A stretch of 64,000 bases of DNA, from assembly GCA_045540295.1 (NCBI GenBank), contig JAZQGY010000029.1:22401-86400 (forward strand). The letters are read 5' to 3'. Numbering within the stretch: position 1 is the first letter of the stretch; the number at the start of each line of letters is the position of its first letter. Shown one piece after another: positions 19,705-28,233 of the stretch. The stretch is from Clostridia bacterium. Its GTDB lineage: Bacteria; Bacillota; Clostridia; UMGS1840. Position numbers and translations under genes: made by a program. The notes beneath the pieces are model-generated. The model did not search any database and was not told the DNA's origin. It was given only the letters and a program-made list of their open reading frames with translations.

Positions 19705-19733
19705 ATTATACTCCTAAAAAAATCATTTGTCAA
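19705..19733 (-). promoter_or_regulatory. sigma-A promoter of the T-box leader
   Basis: Minus strand TTGACA (19733-19728), 17-nt spacer, TATAAT (19710-19705). Long A/T tracts lie upstream (19734-19790). Confidence 0.75.
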
Positions 19734-19824
19734 TAGTTTTTTTAAATTTTTTTCATTTTTTTAAAAATTTTTTAAAATCCATAAAACAGGACACGCTTTG
19801 GCATAAAACGTCCTGAATTTCAAG

Positions 19825-19853
19825 TTGACAGAATGGTGCACAAATGTTACAAT
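19825..19853 (+). promoter_or_regulatory. sigma-A promoter of the 1440-aa protein gene
   Basis: TTGACA (19825-19830), 17-nt spacer, TACAAT (19848-19853). Confidence 0.7.
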
Positions 19854-19944
19854 AATAAGTGAGAAAAAGCATATTTATTTAGGTAAATCTCCCAAAGGCA
19901 AAAAAACATTTATATATACATCATGAGAAAAAGGAGATGGCAAC

Positions 19945-22900
19945 ATGAAAATGAAAAAACTATTGAGTTTCAGCTTGGCAATGATCATGCTTTTAAGTTG
20001 CGTGTTCAGCCAGGTTGTTTTTGTTAGTGCACAAGGCGATGTAGTTGATTACAACGATGCTCCTTATGCAGGGGTGTACCAAGTAACTTCTGACAAAGCG
20101 GTTACTTTAACGAACGAAACCGGTCATACCGTTACCTTAGCAGCAGGTGAAACCGATTACTTTTACCTGATCAAAGGCAACAACAATATGACCATCAGCG
20201 ATGAAACCGCTGCCTTAACCTTCACTTCGTTAGACAATAACGGTCTGGATTACATTGGCGAAGTGGAAATGACCGAAGAACCCATTCTTCCCGGTGATAC
20301 CGGCGATGTGATTTCCGGCTTTGCCTATGTCACCTTAGCTCCCGGTGAAAAATACACTGCGACCTATACTCCGAGTGTTATTTCTGCAGGTCTGGTATAT
20401 CCTTACATTGCTCCTACTGCTGGCGCAGGCAATTCTGTTAGAGTATATACTGATACCGGTTACTATGCAGATGTGTACTTAGCTTATAACTACAGCTCTT
20501 CTGCGTGGGCAGATGCAGCAAGACAGCAGCCTTCTATGTTTTATGTAAGAGACGGCGCACAGGAAATCACTATTGAAAATATCGGTTCTTCCGCCGTTAC
20601 TTTCTACGCTGTTCAAATTAAGACTACCGGTGTATTGGCAGAAGCTGATTACTGGAAAGATCTGATGAACATGGCTTCTCTGAAAGTGTATGAAGAAGAC
20701 TTTGATCCTCAGGCTACTCCGGAACCGACTCCCGAGCCGACTCCGGAACCCACTCCGGAACCCACTCCCTCTGTTTATACTGACACCATCACCTACGTTG
20801 CAGCAGATGCAGGTGTTTACACTGTATCCTCCAACGTTGATGTTGCATTAAAGAGCGAACTGAATTCCGAAGTTACCTTAGCAGCAGGGGAAGAAGGCTA
20901 CATCTACTTAGTAAAAGGTCAAAACATCATTGAAACTACCGATGCTGATGCAGCATTAACCTTTACCCAGCTGGACAACAACGGTCTGGACTACATTGAT
21001 CAGATTACCGTAAATGACCAGTCCTTTGCACCCGGTGACGGCCATGCGCACACTGCTGTGTTCGAAACCTTAGAACCCGGCGATGTTTATACTATCGTTT
21101 TTGATACCGCAGTTGATGGTAATTGGAATGGTATGGTATATCCCTACATCCTCACCGGAAATGGCGCTACTTCCATGAAAATTACTACTGATACCGGTTT
21201 TTATGCAGAATTATCGAAACCCTCCGGCGGTAATAATATCTACGAAACTGTTGCAGGTAACGGAGATATCGAATATCTGTACTTAAGAGCAGGTAAAAAC
21301 GTAATTGCATTCGAAAACACCGGTGATGTGGCTTTCACACTCACCAGCATTTCTTTCAATAACCCCGGCGTTTTGGTAGATAAAGGAAACAATATCTGGA
21401 TTGAACAGTCTAAAGTTTCCAGCTTAAAACCCTACATCGGCGATGCTCCCGTATATGATTACGGTTACTTCCCGGAAGGCTGGGACGGCACTTTGGAAAA
21501 CCATCCCGACTACAATGCAGACGCAGAAGAACTGTTCCTGGACGGTTCCGCTCCCAACATGAGTTCCGAAGACGGTATGGAATTACTGGATACCGACTGG
21601 GGTTACAATGAAGATGAAGGTCCTGTTCTGGACAAAGGAAACGAAGGCGCAATCTTCTTGCCTGCAGGATCTTACGCAACCTACACCTTAAATAATATCC
21701 CTGAAACCGGTGTTTATGCAGTATTGGTTCGTTATGGTCAGGCAAGCTATACTACTGCGTCTCTGCAGCTGATCAACAATATTGACGGCAATGATTACTA
21801 TGCACAGTATGATATTGCGCCCATCGGCACTTGGAATGATACCTGGTCTTATAACAACGGCCATGACGATTTCCTGTATCTGCAGGAAGGCACCAATTAT
21901 CTGACTGCTTATAATGCAGGTCCCGGCAGCATTGTTTTCGATGCTTTTGACATTCTTGCATTAGTAGACGATACAGACTATGTGCAGTATGTTGGTACTG
22001 CCGATAATACCGCAGGTACTGATCCGGAAGGCTGGACCGGCTCTGTTGTTGGTTGGGAAAACTGGAATACTGCCATTAATCCTTATACCTACAGTGTTAC
22101 TCAGGCTACCGGTTATGATTCCTTAGTATATTATCCGCCTTATACTGAAGACGGTATGAGCTTATCCGATGAAATCTGGGTAAATTACACCGTTACCGCT
22201 CCCGAAGCAGGTATGTATCTGGTAGATGCAGAATATACCGGAACCCTTCATTTAGAAACTCAGACTGGCAATTTTGTAGATTACACTGCTACTTCTGCTG
22301 AATTACAGTACATCTACTTAGAAGAAGGCGATAACTTAATCACCGCGACCGGTGAAAACGGTTCTGTATTAACTTCTGCAAGCTTCTATCAGCTGAATAA
22401 TTCTGATGATTATTTAGAACAGGGGCAGAATTCCAACACCGTTCCCGAAGAAGCATACGATTTAGTAATTAATCCCTACAAAGATATGGCGGATTCCACC
22501 GGTTATTGGAAAAAGTACGAATACGATACCACTAACAATGCAGTTGTTCAGGGTGCAGGATCTGTATTAAAATACGAATTGAACGTTCTGTTCCCTGGCA
22601 TTTATAGAGTCCAGGCAAAAATCGGCGGTACTGTTACCCTGGATAACCTGCCCATTATCACCATTGATACTGATGCTGGCGACGGTTACCGTGCAGAATT
22701 GGCAACCGAAGAAGTACAAGACCACGGTGCTGTAAGAGCAACTGACTCCGAAGGCAACTATCAGTATGTATACTTAAAAGAAGGCATCAACCATATCGAA
22801 GTTGCCGCAGGATCTATTCACCACGTACTGTGGAACGTTGAATTCAAACTGCTGACACCGGAAGAAGAAGCAACCATCACCATGGATGATTGTAAGCTGA

Positions 22901-24267
22901 CTCCCCCCAGACCGATTGTAATCAATCCCTACACTGATTCTATCATTGGCACCCAGGATGTGGATTACCACATGATTCCCGGTCGTGTTTCGGAAGATAA
23001 ACCTTCTTTAGGTTCTTCCTTCGGTACTCAGTTAATCACCGGAGAATGGCAGAGATTTGAAGTGGATGCAAAAGTTGCAGGTACCTATCAGATTACTACC
23101 ACTGCAGCAGTTTATGACAACCCGGCTAAAATTGCTGTGGAAACTGTTGATTCCTACGGTTATACTCAGCATAATGCAAGTCCCGATAACTACATCTCCG
23201 AAGATGGCACCTATATTACCTTAAAAGAAGGTGTAAACTCTGTTTGGGTACGTAACGAAGGTGCCGGCTGGATCTACTTACAGTCCATCACCTTAACCTA
23301 TGTGGAAGATGATTCCGAAGTTACCCCCAGCGCATTTGTTCTGGCTCAGAACTACATCGGTGCATCCCAGGATCCTCAGCAGATTCCGGAATATACCGTA
23401 AGAAACAACTTACCCGGTATTCACATTGCAGATATTACTAACAGCGCTGCAGACACTCTGACCTATCAGTACAATGTAACCATTCCGTCAGACGATTTCT
23501 ATGGTATCGTTATGACCGGTACCGTTCCGCTGACTCCCACCATGAAAATCACTTTGGAAGACGGTGTGAACGATGCAATCGTTATGATGGACGGTGAACC
23601 TCCGTATTTCGGTAATGAAAACGAAGTAAACAGTGTAACCGTTACTCCGGAAAAAGTATTTTTACCGGCTGGTGAGTACACCATGACCGTTACTCTGACC
23701 GAAAATATTGATGCAGGCACTGCAACCGATATGATGTCTCATATTCACGGTTTTGAATTCACCACTTTAACCCGTCAGGATTTATTCTTAGTTGCGATGC
23801 AGTCTGCAGAAACCACCGACGATATCGCTGCTGCTTTAGCAGAATTCAAAGATGTTATCACTTCCGAAATTTCAACAACTCCGGAAACTGACTTCATCTA
23901 TCCTGAATATGCATACAACGCTCTGTTGAACTGTGCAATGTTGGAAAGCGGTGCATATGAAACCTATGAAGACGTGAAAACTGCATATGACTTTGCGAAA
24001 AACATGATTTCTTTTGCAGACGACGGTTCCGGTAACCTGGTTTATACCGTTCAGGTTGGTGACTGGAACGAAACCGCAACCGTTTTAGTTGCAGTTTACA
24101 CCGGCGATCGGTTATACATGATGGGCGAAGGATACTTAGAATATGAAGAAGCTACCGGTTCTTATGTACCTGTAGAAGCTACCTTATATGATTACAACCC
24201 CGAAGACGGTGACGTAATTAAAGTATTCATCTGGGATAGCTTTGACGGTTTAAAACCTGTATTCTAA
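19945..24267 (+). CDS. large secreted multi-module protein (about 7-9 CBM-like beta-sandwich modules, no recognisable catalytic domain)
   Basis: Signal peptide MKMKKLLSFSLAMIMLLSCVFSQVVFVSA|QG. Recurrent Y-x-Y-L-x-E-G-x-N-x-I motif roughly every 150 aa. TPEP linker. GGAGAT RBS. Confidence 0.8.
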   Translation: MKMKKLLSFSLAMIMLLSCVFSQVVFVSAQGDVVDYNDAPYAGVYQVTSDKAVTLTNETGHTVTLAAGETDYFYLIKGNNNMTISDETAALTFTSLDNNGLDYIGEVEMTEEPILPGDTGDVISGFAYVTLAPGEKYTATYTPSVISAGLVYPYIAPTAGAGNSVRVYTDTGYYADVYLAYNYSSSAWADAARQQPSMFYVRDGAQEITIENIGSSAVTFYAVQIKTTGVLAEADYWKDLMNMASLKVYEEDFDPQATPEPTPEPTPEPTPEPTPSVYTDTITYVAADAGVYTVSSNVDVALKSELNSEVTLAAGEEGYIYLVKGQNIIETTDADAALTFTQLDNNGLDYIDQITVNDQSFAPGDGHAHTAVFETLEPGDVYTIVFDTAVDGNWNGMVYPYILTGNGATSMKITTDTGFYAELSKPSGGNNIYETVAGNGDIEYLYLRAGKNVIAFENTGDVAFTLTSISFNNPGVLVDKGNNIWIEQSKVSSLKPYIGDAPVYDYGYFPEGWDGTLENHPDYNADAEELFLDGSAPNMSSEDGMELLDTDWGYNEDEGPVLDKGNEGAIFLPAGSYATYTLNNIPETGVYAVLVRYGQASYTTASLQLINNIDGNDYYAQYDIAPIGTWNDTWSYNNGHDDFLYLQEGTNYLTAYNAGPGSIVFDAFDILALVDDTDYVQYVGTADNTAGTDPEGWTGSVVGWENWNTAINPYTYSVTQATGYDSLVYYPPYTEDGMSLSDEIWVNYTVTAPEAGMYLVDAEYTGTLHLETQTGNFVDYTATSAELQYIYLEEGDNLITATGENGSVLTSASFYQLNNSDDYLEQGQNSNTVPEEAYDLVINPYKDMADSTGYWKKYEYDTTNNAVVQGAGSVLKYELNVLFPGIYRVQAKIGGTVTLDNLPIITIDTDAGDGYRAELATEEVQDHGAVRATDSEGNYQYVYLKEGINHIEVAAGSIHHVLWNVEFKLLTPEEEATITMDDCKLTPPRPIVINPYTDSIIGTQDVDYHMIPGRVSEDKPSLGSSFGTQLITGEWQRFEVDAKVAGTYQITTTAAVYDNPAKIAVETVDSYGYTQHNASPDNYISEDGTYITLKEGVNSVWVRNEGAGWIYLQSITLTYVEDDSEVTPSAFVLAQNYIGASQDPQQIPEYTVRNNLPGIHIADITNSAADTLTYQYNVTIPSDDFYGIVMTGTVPLTPTMKITLEDGVNDAIVMMDGEPPYFGNENEVNSVTVTPEKVFLPAGEYTMTVTLTENIDAGTATDMMSHIHGFEFTTLTRQDLFLVAMQSAETTDDIAAALAEFKDVITSEISTTPETDFIYPEYAYNALLNCAMLESGAYETYEDVKTAYDFAKNMISFADDGSGNLVYTVQVGDWNETATVLVAVYTGDRLYMMGEGYLEYEEATGSYVPVEATLYDYNPEDGDVIKVFIWDSFDGLKPVF
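20716..20769 (+). repeat. 12-nt tandem repeat encoding a (TPEP)n linker
   Basis: actccggaaccg / actcccgagccg / actccggaaccc / actccggaaccc / actccc. Confidence 0.9.
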
Positions 24268-24294
24268 TTTAGAATAATCGCATTCTTTATGGAT

Positions 24295-24330
24295 AAAATG
24301 GCAGAAGACATTTGTCTTCTGCCATTTTTC
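24295..24330 (+). terminator. intrinsic terminator
   Basis: ATGGCAGAAGACA-ttt-TGTCTTCTGCCAT followed by TTTTT. Confidence 0.85.
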
Positions 24331-24536
24331 TTATGAATACAGTAAGGCATTGGAATACACGATGATCATCATTGATGATATATCCAAATCGGTTTTTATA
24401 CATCAATTTATGTGAGCGGTTATGTCAGCATATTGCAATGTTTTAAGCTACGGTTTATCATTGCAAATAAAAGCGGGGAAGCGAGGGAATGAACTGCATT
24501 TTCACTAAAAAGAAGAAATTACATAGCAAAGCACAT

Positions 24537-24570
24537 CAAAAAAGGGCTGAGCAAAGCTCAACCCTTTTTG
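24537..24570 (-). terminator. intrinsic terminator
   Basis: AAAGGGTTGAGC-ttt-GCTCAGCCCTTTTTT on the minus strand, downstream of the small zinc-ribbon ORF. Confidence 0.7.
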
Positions 24571-24602
24571 ATTAGAATATGTTGATACAGACAAACTGTT
24601 TC

Positions 24603-24815
24603 TTATTTTAGTTTGTAACCGCACTGTTCACAGAACATGTTGCCTTCAGTTGTGGTAGCCTGACAGTTCGGGCAAACATTTGCGCTGCTTGTGGTATTCG
24701 CAGTTGCAGTAGATTCAGTAGTGGTTTGCTGTGCAGTGGTTTTTACTTCTTTTGGCTGAAAGCCCATTTTTTTGTTAATTTCGTTGGTGTTTTTCACCAA
24801 GATAATAAACATCAT
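24603..24815 (-). CDS. small zinc-ribbon protein (possibly the 3' part of a frameshifted membrane-protein gene)
   Basis: C-terminal CPNC...CEQCG zinc-ribbon pair. No convincing RBS. The upstream ORF 24842..25087 encodes TM segments in another frame. Confidence 0.35.
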   Translation of the reverse strand: MMFIILVKNTNEINKKMGFQPKEVKTTAQQTTTESTATANTTSSANVCPNCQATTTEGNMFCEQCGYKLK

Positions 24816-25135
24816 GAAGAATTCGAAGAGAATGCGGTATACTACGGGACCAAAACCTTAATCAGAAGGCCGAGGAAGAATTCTTCAGTTAAAACGATGA
24901 ATCCAAGCAGGATAATGAAACAAGTAACAAAAATGTATGTGAATTTTAAGATTTGTTCAAGCAGCAAAGAACGGAAGTTGCAAATGTCTGCAAGAATCTG
25001 TCCGAATTTATTTAATTTTGCACGTTTTGCATCGGGCAAAATAAATGCAAGGATTGCTGCAGCACGTGATTCCTGGGGAAATGTCAAGCATTTTTGTATA
25101 AAATCATCTTTTTTTCTGCATAATTGTACAATTTC

Positions 25136-25172
25136 AAAAAAAGAAGTTGAGAGGTACTCAACTTCTTTTTTT
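25136..25172. terminator. bidirectional intrinsic terminator
   Basis: A-run, AGAAGTTGAG-aggta-CTCAACTTCT, T-run. Confidence 0.8.
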
Positions 25173-25279
25173 ATAAAGCAATATTGATTTATACCGGATG
25201 GAAGGGGATAGGAATTGCTCCTCTCAGCAAATTGCTCACGCAGCCCTTCCGTATCAACTTTTATTTTCAGAGGTTTTTC

Positions 25280-25867
25280 TTATTTAAAGTATCTGTTTAA
25301 CAGTCCTTCTAAACCTCTACCGTGGCGAGCTTCGTCTCTTGCCATTTCATGAACGGTATCGTGGATTGCATCCAGACCGTTTTTCTTAGCACAGCTTGCT
25401 AAATCAAATTTACCCTTGGTTGCACCGTATTCACAGTCTACTCTCCATTTTAAGTTATCCTTGGTGGTAGCTTTCATATTGGGTTCTAAGTCTTCTCCTA
25501 AGAGTTCTGCAAATTTAGCAGCGTGTTCTGCTTCTTCGTAAGCTGCTTTTTCCCAGTACAGACCAATTTCGGGATATCCTTCTCTGTGCGCAATTCTTGC
25601 CATACACAGATACATACCCACTTCAGCACATTCACCGTTAAAGTTTGCCATCAGCTGTTCAAAAATGAATTTTTTATCTTCTTCGGAGATGTCGGGATTG
25701 TTTTTTACGGTTTTTGCGTATACGCCGTATTCATGTTCAGCAGCTAAAGCAGCGCCTTCTTCCATGATGTTGAATTTTTCAGCGGGAACTTTACAAACGG
25801 GGCAGTTCGCAGGAGCAGTTTCTCCTTCGTGAACATAACCGCAAACAGAACATACAAATTTTTTCAT
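25280..25867 (-). CDS. rbr: reverse rubrerythrin (N-terminal rubredoxin-like CxxC...CxxC + ferritin-like diiron domain)
   Basis: [10 protein letters not shown]...CPVCK at the N-terminus, followed by an E..EHAAKF diiron helix region. GGAGGA RBS. Confidence 0.85.
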   Translation of the reverse strand: MKKFVCSVCGYVHEGETAPANCPVCKVPAEKFNIMEEGAALAAEHEYGVYAKTVKNNPDISEEDKKFIFEQLMANFNGECAEVGMYLCMARIAHREGYPEIGLYWEKAAYEEAEHAAKFAELLGEDLEPNMKATTKDNLKWRVDCEYGATKGKFDLASCAKKNGLDAIHDTVHEMARDEARHGRGLEGLLNRYFK

Positions 25868-25942
25868 AATTTTTTCCTCCTGTACGCCTTTTTGGCGCTT
25901 TTTCTTTATTGAGAATTTTTTTACATAATTGGATAGGGAGTG

Positions 25943-26326
25943 CTACACTTCCTGTTCGCACTCGTGGCACACACCGTAAAAATAAACGGTAAAGGTTTCA
26001 ATGGTGCCTAATTCTTCCACCTGTTCGGTGGCAATTTCTTCTTTGCCACAATCAAAGATTCTGCCGCATTTTTTACAGATAAAATGATTGTGGGGGGAGC
26101 GGTTTCCGTCATAGTGATCGGATTCCATTTGCAATCCCATTTTCTCAATCACCTGATCTTCAGATAACTGAGCAAGATTCCGATATACGGTACTGCGACT
26201 TAATTCAGGTTGCTGCTTCTTTAATTCCTGATATACACTCTCTGCATCAGGGTGATGAGTGGAATGTTTCAGGTAATCCAAGATGGCAGCTTTTTGCTTC
26301 GTCATACGTCGTGGTGTAGTTGCCAT
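25943..26326 (-). CDS. perR: Fur-family transcriptional regulator, PerR-like
   Basis: Winged-helix region RSTVYRNL. CKKCGRIFDC and CHEC Zn-site pairs. Sits directly upstream of rubrerythrin. Confidence 0.8.
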   Translation of the reverse strand: MATTPRRMTKQKAAILDYLKHSTHHPDAESVYQELKKQQPELSRSTVYRNLAQLSEDQVIEKMGLQMESDHYDGNRSPHNHFICKKCGRIFDCGKEEIATEQVEELGTIETFTVYFYGVCHECEQEV

Positions 26327-26366
26327 TTGATCACCTCAATTTTTCTTATTCGGAATTGTTACTAAT

Positions 26367-26395
26367 AAGATAACATACTTTTTTTCGTTTGTCAA
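26367..26395 (-). promoter_or_regulatory. sigma-A promoter of perR-rbr
   Basis: Minus strand TTGACA (26395-26390), 17-nt spacer, TATCTT (26372-26367). The inverted repeat CTTATT-N13-AATAAG (26345-26369) overlaps the -10 and start region. Confidence 0.55.
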
Positions 26396-26504
26396 TACTT
26401 TTTTGTAAAAAAATAAAAAATTTTTTTAAAATTAAAAATCGTAGCAGGGAAGAATAACGTAAGAAAAAAACGAAGGAAATTTTTTGCAAATATTGCATTT
26501 TAAC

Positions 26505-26534
26505 TTGACCTGAGCCATTATAATATTGTATAAT
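26505..26534 (+). promoter_or_regulatory. sigma-A promoter of the flippase gene
   Basis: TTGACC (26505-26510), 18-nt spacer, extended -10 TGTATAAT (to 26534). Confidence 0.5.
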
Positions 26535-26571
26535 AAAAAAAGATATGTAAGAACTTGAGTTTCGAGAAAGG

Positions 26572-28176
26572 ATGACCATCTTGAATAAAAAAAATAAGAA
26601 TTTTGTCATCGGTGCTTTTATCATTGCCGTATCCCATATTCTGGTAAAGGTAATTGGCGCACTTTATAAGCTTCCTTTGGACAGCTATATTTTAAAAACT
26701 GAGGGGATGGGGATTTACAACTCCTCTTACACTATATATAACTGGTTGTTTGTAGTGTCCACTGCAGGTTTACCTGTTGCAATCTCAAAAATGGTTGCAG
26801 AAGCTTCTGCTCAAGGGAACTACAATGAAGCCAGAAAGATTTTTAGGATTTCAAAAGGGCTGCTTCTTTGTGTGGGGATTGTGGCAGCAGGAGCAATGTT
26901 CTTTGGTGCTCACTGGTTCTCAGGAATGATTAGTGCTCCCAGCTCTTATCTTACTATGCAATGTATGGCACCAAGCTTATTCTTTGTATCGCTAGCAAGT
27001 AGTTACCGTGGGTTTTACCAGGGACAGCAAAATATGCTTCCCACGGCAGTTTCTGAAGTGATTGAAGCTTTTTCCAAGCTTGCGTTAGGATTAACCTTAG
27101 CATACACAGCGATGCAGATGTATTCCGAGTATTACATTGGTTCTGCGGGAGCAATCACCGGCGTTACCATTGGTACAGCATTAAGCTGCGGATACCTGAT
27201 TCTTTATAATGCGTTTCATATCAGAAAATTCCCGAAAGAAAATGCGTCCAAAGAACTTCCTTCTTCTAAGAGAGTGCTTGGAAAACTGATTCGGATTGCA
27301 ATTCCTGTAACCATTGGCGTGTCTGTATTTACTTTAACTTCTATTATTGACACGGCTATGGTTATGAATCAGCTCAGCGGACTTGGTTATATTGAAGAAC
27401 AGCGACTGTCCATGTTTGGTTACTTAAACCGCGCCATTGCACTCTTTAATTTACCGCCCACTATTATTGCAGCCATTGCGGTTTCCATTGTACCTACCAT
27501 TGCAGCGGCATTGGCTTTAAAAAACAATCAGACTGCCATTCGTAATGCAAAATCCGCGCTTCGTATCACCATTTTATTTGCAGTACCTTGTGCAGCCGGA
27601 ATGTCTGCCCTGGCAGAACCCATTCTGAAGCTTCTTTATCATGGCGACGGGAATTATTCCTTCCTGTTAAATGTTATGGGCATTGCAGTTGTTTTTGTGA
27701 CCATGGTTCAGGTGTGTAATGCAATTTTGCAGGCATGGGGAAATGTATGGCTTCCGGTTAAAAATATGTTTATCGGCGGAGTAGTGAAGGTTGTTGTAAA
27801 TCTTCTTTTGGTATCCCGTCCGGAAGTCAATATCAACGGTGCCCCTATCGGAACACTTCTTTGTTATATGACGGTAATGTCTTTGAATATTTACGATTTA
27901 AAACGGATTACCGGTATGAAGTTTGAATTTACCAGCTTTATCTTAAAACCTGTGGTGACGGCAATTGCTACAGCCTTTGGCGCACTTTTGTGCTACGGCT
28001 TTTTATCCCGATATATCAGCAGTAATCTGATTTTGGTTGCGATATCCATTGTTGTGGGGGCAGCCTTCTATCTGATTAGTTTATTTGCCGTAAAAGGCTT
28101 GCAAGAGGATGATATCCTGCTTCTACCCAAAGGCGAAAAGATTAGCAAGATCTTAAAGAAATTCCATTTAATTTAA
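26572..28176 (+). CDS. MOP-superfamily flippase (SpoVB / MurJ-YtgP-like polysaccharide or lipid II flippase)
   Basis: About 14 TM segments. GLPVAISKMVAEA motif as in B. subtilis SpoVB. The TTG at 26581 has better RBS spacing, so the start is uncertain by 9 nt. Confidence 0.75.
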   Translation: MTILNKKNKNFVIGAFIIAVSHILVKVIGALYKLPLDSYILKTEGMGIYNSSYTIYNWLFVVSTAGLPVAISKMVAEASAQGNYNEARKIFRISKGLLLCVGIVAAGAMFFGAHWFSGMISAPSSYLTMQCMAPSLFFVSLASSYRGFYQGQQNMLPTAVSEVIEAFSKLALGLTLAYTAMQMYSEYYIGSAGAITGVTIGTALSCGYLILYNAFHIRKFPKENASKELPSSKRVLGKLIRIAIPVTIGVSVFTLTSIIDTAMVMNQLSGLGYIEEQRLSMFGYLNRAIALFNLPPTIIAAIAVSIVPTIAAALALKNNQTAIRNAKSALRITILFAVPCAAGMSALAEPILKLLYHGDGNYSFLLNVMGIAVVFVTMVQVCNAILQAWGNVWLPVKNMFIGGVVKVVVNLLLVSRPEVNINGAPIGTLLCYMTVMSLNIYDLKRITGMKFEFTSFILKPVVTAIATAFGALLCYGFLSRYISSNLILVAISIVVGAAFYLISLFAVKGLQEDDILLLPKGEKISKILKKFHLI

Positions 28177-28185
28177 AATGATATT

Positions 28186-28220
28186 AAAAAAAGAGTGTTG
28201 CATTTGCAACACTCTTTTTT
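28186..28220. terminator. bidirectional intrinsic terminator (copy 1 of a repeated palindrome)
   Basis: AAAAAAAGAGTGTTGCATTTGCAACACTCTTTTTT. Confidence 0.85.
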
Positions 28221-28233
28221 ATGTGATAGCGAT

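Noticed and set aside
20716-20769. Short tandem DNA repeats that could be mistaken for a CRISPR array or VNTR locus
   Set aside because: The 12-nt units are contiguous with no spacers and lie in frame inside a CDS, encoding a TPEP linker.
24726-25187. 153-aa plus-strand ORF in the zinc-ribbon/rubrerythrin intergenic area
   Set aside because: It crosses the bidirectional terminator at 25136-25172, and has neither an RBS nor recognisable motifs. It is more likely a by-product of the AT-rich spacer.
26346-26624. 92-aa minus-strand ORF in the perR / flippase divergent region
   Set aside because: It consists of translated A/T tracts and promoter sequence (FFLF..., KKFFIF...). It overlaps both predicted promoters and the flippase start.
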